Virus record (IMG/VR): IMGVR_UViG_3300025913_000021
Location: 1 to 64,000 of that record
Strand: one strand, 5' to 3'
Source of the DNA: a virus
DNA: 64,000 bases
Shown here: positions 59,738-64,000 of the stretch, one piece after another
How positions within the stretch are numbered: the stretch's first letter is position 1
Layout: each line of letters starts with the position of its first letter
The notes under the pieces: generated by a model
The model's database searches: none
The model's input: the letters and a program-made list of their open reading frames with translations, nothing else
Told to the model about the DNA's origin: nothing
Made by a program: the position numbers and the translations under genes

Positions 59738-60215
59738 GGCGCTGAACCAGCGCTGCCTGGAGCTGCTCACGGAGCAGCCAAACGCGCAGATCATGGCGTG
59801 CCGTCCTGCCGACTGGAACGACTACCCGCCCGAATGTCAGCCGGAGGCGATGGGACTCACTCTCGCTCCACTCGACCCGGGCTGGATCGACGTGCCGTGC
59901 CAGGTCTGTGGCATCACCTGCCGGATGGGGCCACGTCAGCGCACGCAGTACGAGGCGTTCCCGAACTCCTTCCTGATCGGCGACTTCCTGTGCGCTGCCC
60001 GGATCGCAGCGATCTGCGACGCGCAACCCGGTGGCTCGGCGTCGATTCGCCACCTCGGCGGGCGCTGATGCCCGGCCGTCAGTACGAGGTCGTCGCCTAC
60101 GACCGGGAGACGCGCCAGATCACGCTGTGCTCGAAGGACACGCACGAACTGACCACGGTCACGTGCATGGACGACACCCTCATCAACGCCCTGACCGCCC
60201 TGGAGAGGACACCGC

Positions 60216-60800
60216 ATGGCCCAGTGGGGAACGACGGAATCTGACGAGCAGCCGATTCGGGGACAGCGCATCTTCGCTCCCTGGACCGACGAGCAGGTGA
60301 CACAGCTCAACGCTTGGCAGCAGTCCGGGTACATGCATCCCTTTACGTGCGGCGGCTCCGTGCACGACGGCAACGTGCACGGCGAGCGACCCACGCTGTT
60401 CGCCGAGCGTGACGGCTGGGTCTGTCCCGACACGAACTGCGACTATCGGCAGAACTGGGCGCACTCGTTCATGGCGAGCCCGGAAGTGCTGACCAACATG
60501 GACGACCAGCACAACCGACTGCTCAGTGAGTTCTTCGACGCCCAGCGTCAGCGGGCACGGGCATCCGCCAAGCGTCTGCCGTCCCCCGAGCCGGAACCCC
60601 AGTGGGCTCCGACGGAGCAGCTCATCGAGGAAGCGTGCGAGGTCATGCACGACGCCTACGAGAAGGCCGCTCTCGGCACTGGTTGGGCCACGAATCCCGC
60701 ATCACGCAAGCCGTGGGCGGACGTGCCCGAGGCCAACAAGGAGACGATGCGTGCTGCCGTTCACGCGCTGCTCGTCTGGCTCCAGAAGGGGGCGCCATGA
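60216..60800 (+). CDS. Hypothetical protein
   Basis: GGAGAGG RBS; HPFTC...C..C motif. Confidence 0.65.
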   Translation: MAQWGTTESDEQPIRGQRIFAPWTDEQVTQLNAWQQSGYMHPFTCGGSVHDGNVHGERPTLFAERDGWVCPDTNCDYRQNWAHSFMASPEVLTNMDDQHNRLLSEFFDAQRQRARASAKRLPSPEPEPQWAPTEQLIEEACEVMHDAYEKAALGTGWATNPASRKPWADVPEANKETMRAAVHALLVWLQKGAP

Positions 60801-61422
60801 GGCAGGTCAAGACGAAAGAGGACTTCGCCGAGATCACGGCGATGGGCTGGTCGGGCTGCATGCACGACAGCGACTGCGCGTGCAGCGACGCCACGCAGGA
60901 GCGCGACCGCAGGATCTTGAACGATTGGGCGCAGCGTCCTCGTCGTCGTCGGCGCACTCCAGCCAAGCCGAAACCCGATCGCACCCTGCTCGACGGTGAG
61001 TCGATGATGATCCAGACACCGCACGGCCTCGTCTGGATCAGCGCGCTGGTCGGCACGAGCGTCGTTGTCTACGACAACCCGGAGCACAACCCGGTAGCGA
61101 TGATCAACCTGCCGAGCCACGCATGAGCAGCAAGATCAAGGACGTGATCAACGGCCCGTGGCCGTTCGTCGCGCCGACACCCATAGGTGAGGGCTGGGGC
61201 TGGGGCTCACGCCTCATCGAGATCGCCTTCACTCCGGTCGGCATCGTCTTTTGGACGTGCGTCTGGATCGGACGTGGCTTCATGTGGATCGGCGAACGGC
61301 TGTTCCGATGAAGGCGTATCCGTATATCCCAGGCGTTCCCGCCGCTGGTCACGTAACGTCGTCCGGCTACTGGCATCCAGGAGCGATTCACAACTGCTGC
61401 AAGTGCGAACCCAAGGAGACAC

Positions 61423-62154
61423 GTGACCGCCGTCCGACTCGACAATCCGTACTGGCGGATCGTCGAGAAGTTCCCTAACTCGGGCCTGCGCTGGAGTAAG
61501 GGCAGGTTCGAGCCTGAGAGTTACCCCATCATCAGCGACCTGATGGAAGCCCATCGCAAGGGCACGCCACTGCCGGACCTCGCGAACTTCGACGAGAACA
61601 AGAGCCCGACGCGCTCGTCGCTGGTGAAGCAGTTCGCCTGGGCGATCCCGTCGGATCAGACGCTCGCCTGGATTCGCAAGAGGCTGCTCGGCCGCGAGGT
61701 CGTGGAGATCGGCGCGGGTCGTGGCTACTGGGCGTGGATGTTGGAGCAGGTCGGCATCCCGGTCACCGCCTACGACGAGAAGCTGCTCGGCCTGGGCGAG
61801 GAGATCGGCTACTTCAAGGACGCGGGCGAGCACACGTACCACGAGATCCTGCGTGGTGGTCCGGAGAAGGCGGCGCTGCACCCGGACAAGGTGCTGTTCC
61901 TGTGCTGGCCTCCGTACGACGACGACATGGCCGTGAACTGCCTGCGCGCCTACCAGGGCGACACGCTGATGTTCGAAGGCGAGGGCGAGGGTGGCTGCAC
62001 GGCCAACGACGCCTTCTTCACCGAGCTGGCGGTCAACTGGGTGGAAGTCGATCAGCACTACCCGACGCAGTGGTCGGGCATCCACGACTTCCTGACGATC
62101 TACCGACGCAGCGAGCGCCAGATCGACCTGACGATCATCCGAGAGGAGCCCTGA
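61423..62154 (+). CDS. Class I SAM-dependent methyltransferase-like protein with tag TIIREEP*
   Basis: VVEIGAGRGYWA motif I; LFLCWPPY. Confidence 0.7.
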   Translation: MTAVRLDNPYWRIVEKFPNSGLRWSKGRFEPESYPIISDLMEAHRKGTPLPDLANFDENKSPTRSSLVKQFAWAIPSDQTLAWIRKRLLGREVVEIGAGRGYWAWMLEQVGIPVTAYDEKLLGLGEEIGYFKDAGEHTYHEILRGGPEKAALHPDKVLFLCWPPYDDDMAVNCLRAYQGDTLMFEGEGEGGCTANDAFFTELAVNWVEVDQHYPTQWSGIHDFLTIYRRSERQIDLTIIREEP

Positions 62155-62555
62155 TGAGCTTCGACAGCACCACGAGGGTGCACGTCACCGACCCGGCCTT
62201 CATGAACGCCCTGCTCGGTCGTCGCATCGTGGCCATCGACGACGAGGCGACCACGCTGATCCTGGACAACGGGGTCCGCATGGAGTTCGAGGTCGATATC
62301 TCGGACTGCTGCTCGTCGGTCGTGCTCAAGAGCCTGGCCACCGACGAGAACGTCATCACCAACGTCGAGGTCGCCGACAACGAGGACGAGACCGGTGGCG
62401 AGGGTGCGTACCGCGCGTGGATCCACGTGATCACCGAGGCGGGCGAGCTGAACATCGCCGAGGCCGAGGGCGACGCCTCGAACGGCTACTACCTGCACGG
62501 CTTCGCACTCGCCGTCACCATCACCACTCCGCACCTCATCCAGGAGCACCCATGA
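62154..62555 (+). CDS. Acidic hypothetical protein with tag HLIQEHP*
   Basis: TGATG coupled; SDCCS...SNGYY. Confidence 0.7.
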   Translation: MSFDSTTRVHVTDPAFMNALLGRRIVAIDDEATTLILDNGVRMEFEVDISDCCSSVVLKSLATDENVITNVEVADNEDETGGEGAYRAWIHVITEAGELNIAEAEGDASNGYYLHGFALAVTITTPHLIQEHP

Positions 62556-63184
62556 CCACACCGATCGAGACGCCCACCAAGACCCACAACGACGTGCGCC
62601 TGGAGATCCGCGCTGGCTTCGGCGGGATGCCGCTGAGCATGGCCGGGTTCCTGCTCCAGGCGATCGGCACCGCCTACCCGCACACGCAGATCGAGACCCA
62701 GCACGCGACGGGCATCAACCTGCGCATCCCGTACGAGGACTTCCTCGACTTCGAGGGCCTGCCCGAGGGCGCGCTCGACGAGGTGCTGCCCGGCAAGGAC
62801 GACCCGGAGACCATCGCGTTCACGAACGGCTTCACGAAGGGCGGCGCGGGGATCAGCCCGCCGCCGTGGCTGGCACAACTGCTGGCCACGACGGCGGGCA
62901 TGCTGGAGGAGCAGCTCACCGACGACGTGGCTCCGAACTACATGGAGCTGACGATCATGCCGCAGGACGGCGGCGAGCCCTTCAAGTGGATCATCTGCAA
63001 GCGGGGCAAGCCGTCGCCGCACGATTTCAGACGAGCAGCCGAATCCCAGGTCGAGGCTCTGCTCCAGTGCATCCGCGACGCGATGGCCGAGATCGAGATC
63101 CAGGTGAACGAGGTCGAGGCCGCTGGCCTGAACGCCCTGCACCTCAAGAAGGCGTGGGGAAACCTCAACTCGCTGATCTCGTGA
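62552..63184 (+). CDS. Hypothetical protein
   Basis: ATGA coupled. Confidence 0.65.
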   Translation: MTTPIETPTKTHNDVRLEIRAGFGGMPLSMAGFLLQAIGTAYPHTQIETQHATGINLRIPYEDFLDFEGLPEGALDEVLPGKDDPETIAFTNGFTKGGAGISPPPWLAQLLATTAGMLEEQLTDDVAPNYMELTIMPQDGGEPFKWIICKRGKPSPHDFRRAAESQVEALLQCIRDAMAEIEIQVNEVEAAGLNALHLKKAWGNLNSLIS

Positions 63185-63390
63185 AGGGTCCGCCGTCCGG
63201 CGACCCAGCCGCGCTCCAGAGGTGGTGCGAGGACGTGCGCTCACGCAACGAGCGAGAGCGGCAAGACCGCTGGTGGCACGAGATCGCACTCGAACGAGCC
63301 CGTCGCTACTGGGATGACGGCACCGGCTACGGCGCGGAGGTCTGGGATCAGAACATGCCGATCCTCGTGATCGTCGAACTGCCCAGCTAG
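63181..63390 (+). CDS. Small protein with tag LVIVELPS*
   Basis: GTGA coupled. Confidence 0.6.
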   Translation: MKGPPSGDPAALQRWCEDVRSRNERERQDRWWHEIALERARRYWDDGTGYGAEVWDQNMPILVIVELPS

Positions 63391-63464
63391 TATCCGAGCG
63401 AATGTTCCGAATGACCTGACACCCGCCCGCCGATTTTTGGTAGGCCCTGGCCCGAGGAGGCCAC

Positions 63465-63743
63465 ATGAAGAAGGACCCGCGAAACAAGAGCGGCTACGAG
63501 AAGGCCGTGCTGCTCGAACTGATCATCGCCCGCGTCTGTGCCTGGGTGCTGTACCTGGCAGTGGTCACCGTCATCGCCCTCGCCGCGAGCGGCATCGCCA
63601 AGATCAGCTTCTGGCAGGGGGTGACGACCTGCCTTGTACTCGCATGGGCTGCCGGGATGTCGGCCCGCTGCGAGTACAAGGCCGAGAAGCAGCTCAAGGA
63701 CATCTGGGAGGCCGACGGCCTGGAGCGGCTGGTGAACGGATGA
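63465..63743 (+). CDS. Two-TM membrane protein
   Basis: GAGGAGG RBS. Confidence 0.65.
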   Translation: MKKDPRNKSGYEKAVLLELIIARVCAWVLYLAVVTVIALAASGIAKISFWQGVTTCLVLAWAAGMSARCEYKAEKQLKDIWEADGLERLVNG

Positions 63744-64000
63744 GACGCCGCCGCGACGAGGCCGAGGAGAAGGTGGACCGCCGCGAGCTGTATCGCACCA
63801 TGTCAGCCGACCTGATGGACGAGGAGGTCAAGCCGTGACCGTTGCCAACGACACGATCAAGGACCTGGACGCAGCGATCAAGCGCTTCGGGACCTACCAG
63901 CTCCACGACAAGGGCGCGTCCGAGGTCATGGACGTGAAGAAGATCGAGCTGCGCCTGTCGCACGCCGGGATCGAGCCCACCATCGAGACGCTCCGTGCGC

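Noticed and set aside
10342-63390. The EEP* ending as a mere by-product of GAGGAG RBS plus NTGA overlap
   Set aside because: This explains EEP in coupled genes but not the invariant Ile or the aromatic residue upstream. It also fails for the ELP/EFP/EWP/EQP variants, the GAA-coded copy, and copies with no coupled downstream gene (34591, 27403, 23943, 22521). Kept only as a partial contributor.
1-64000. Prophage or integrative element boundaries
   Set aside because: No integrase, att pair or host housekeeping genes seen; the whole window looks phage-derived.

Overview
A 64-kb segment of a large, high-GC tailed phage, probably infecting an actinobacterium. No integrase is visible. The left arm (about 1-27.6 kb) is mostly minus strand. 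It carries a probable portal, the terminase large subunit, a tRNA-CAU, RusA, a stand-alone LexA-type DNA-binding domain, a DUF559 nuclease, a SLOG/YspA protein, a HIT protein, a bL12-like domain and many tiny Cys/His-rich ORFs. The right arm (about 28-64 kb) is plus strand. It carries an early-looking block ending in a strong terminator, LAGLIDADG and HNH endonucleases, an aberrant tRNA-like gene, a sortase (LAxTG)-anchored surface protein, Ku, a RavA/MoxR AAA+ and VWA pair, and WGR, YodL-like and methyltransferase-like proteins. Main observation: about 36 otherwise unrelated small ORFs on both arms end in, or close to, one peptide motif, [Y/F/H/other]-[V/I/L/other]-I-x-E-[E/L/other]-P (consensus YVIQEEP*). 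They often occur in tandem, translationally coupled runs. The motif survives synonymous codon changes, occurs where no downstream RBS is needed, and is absent from the core packaging and recombination genes. This suggests an undescribed C-terminal tagging or cassette system. Product calls come from motif recognition by eye; no searches were run.
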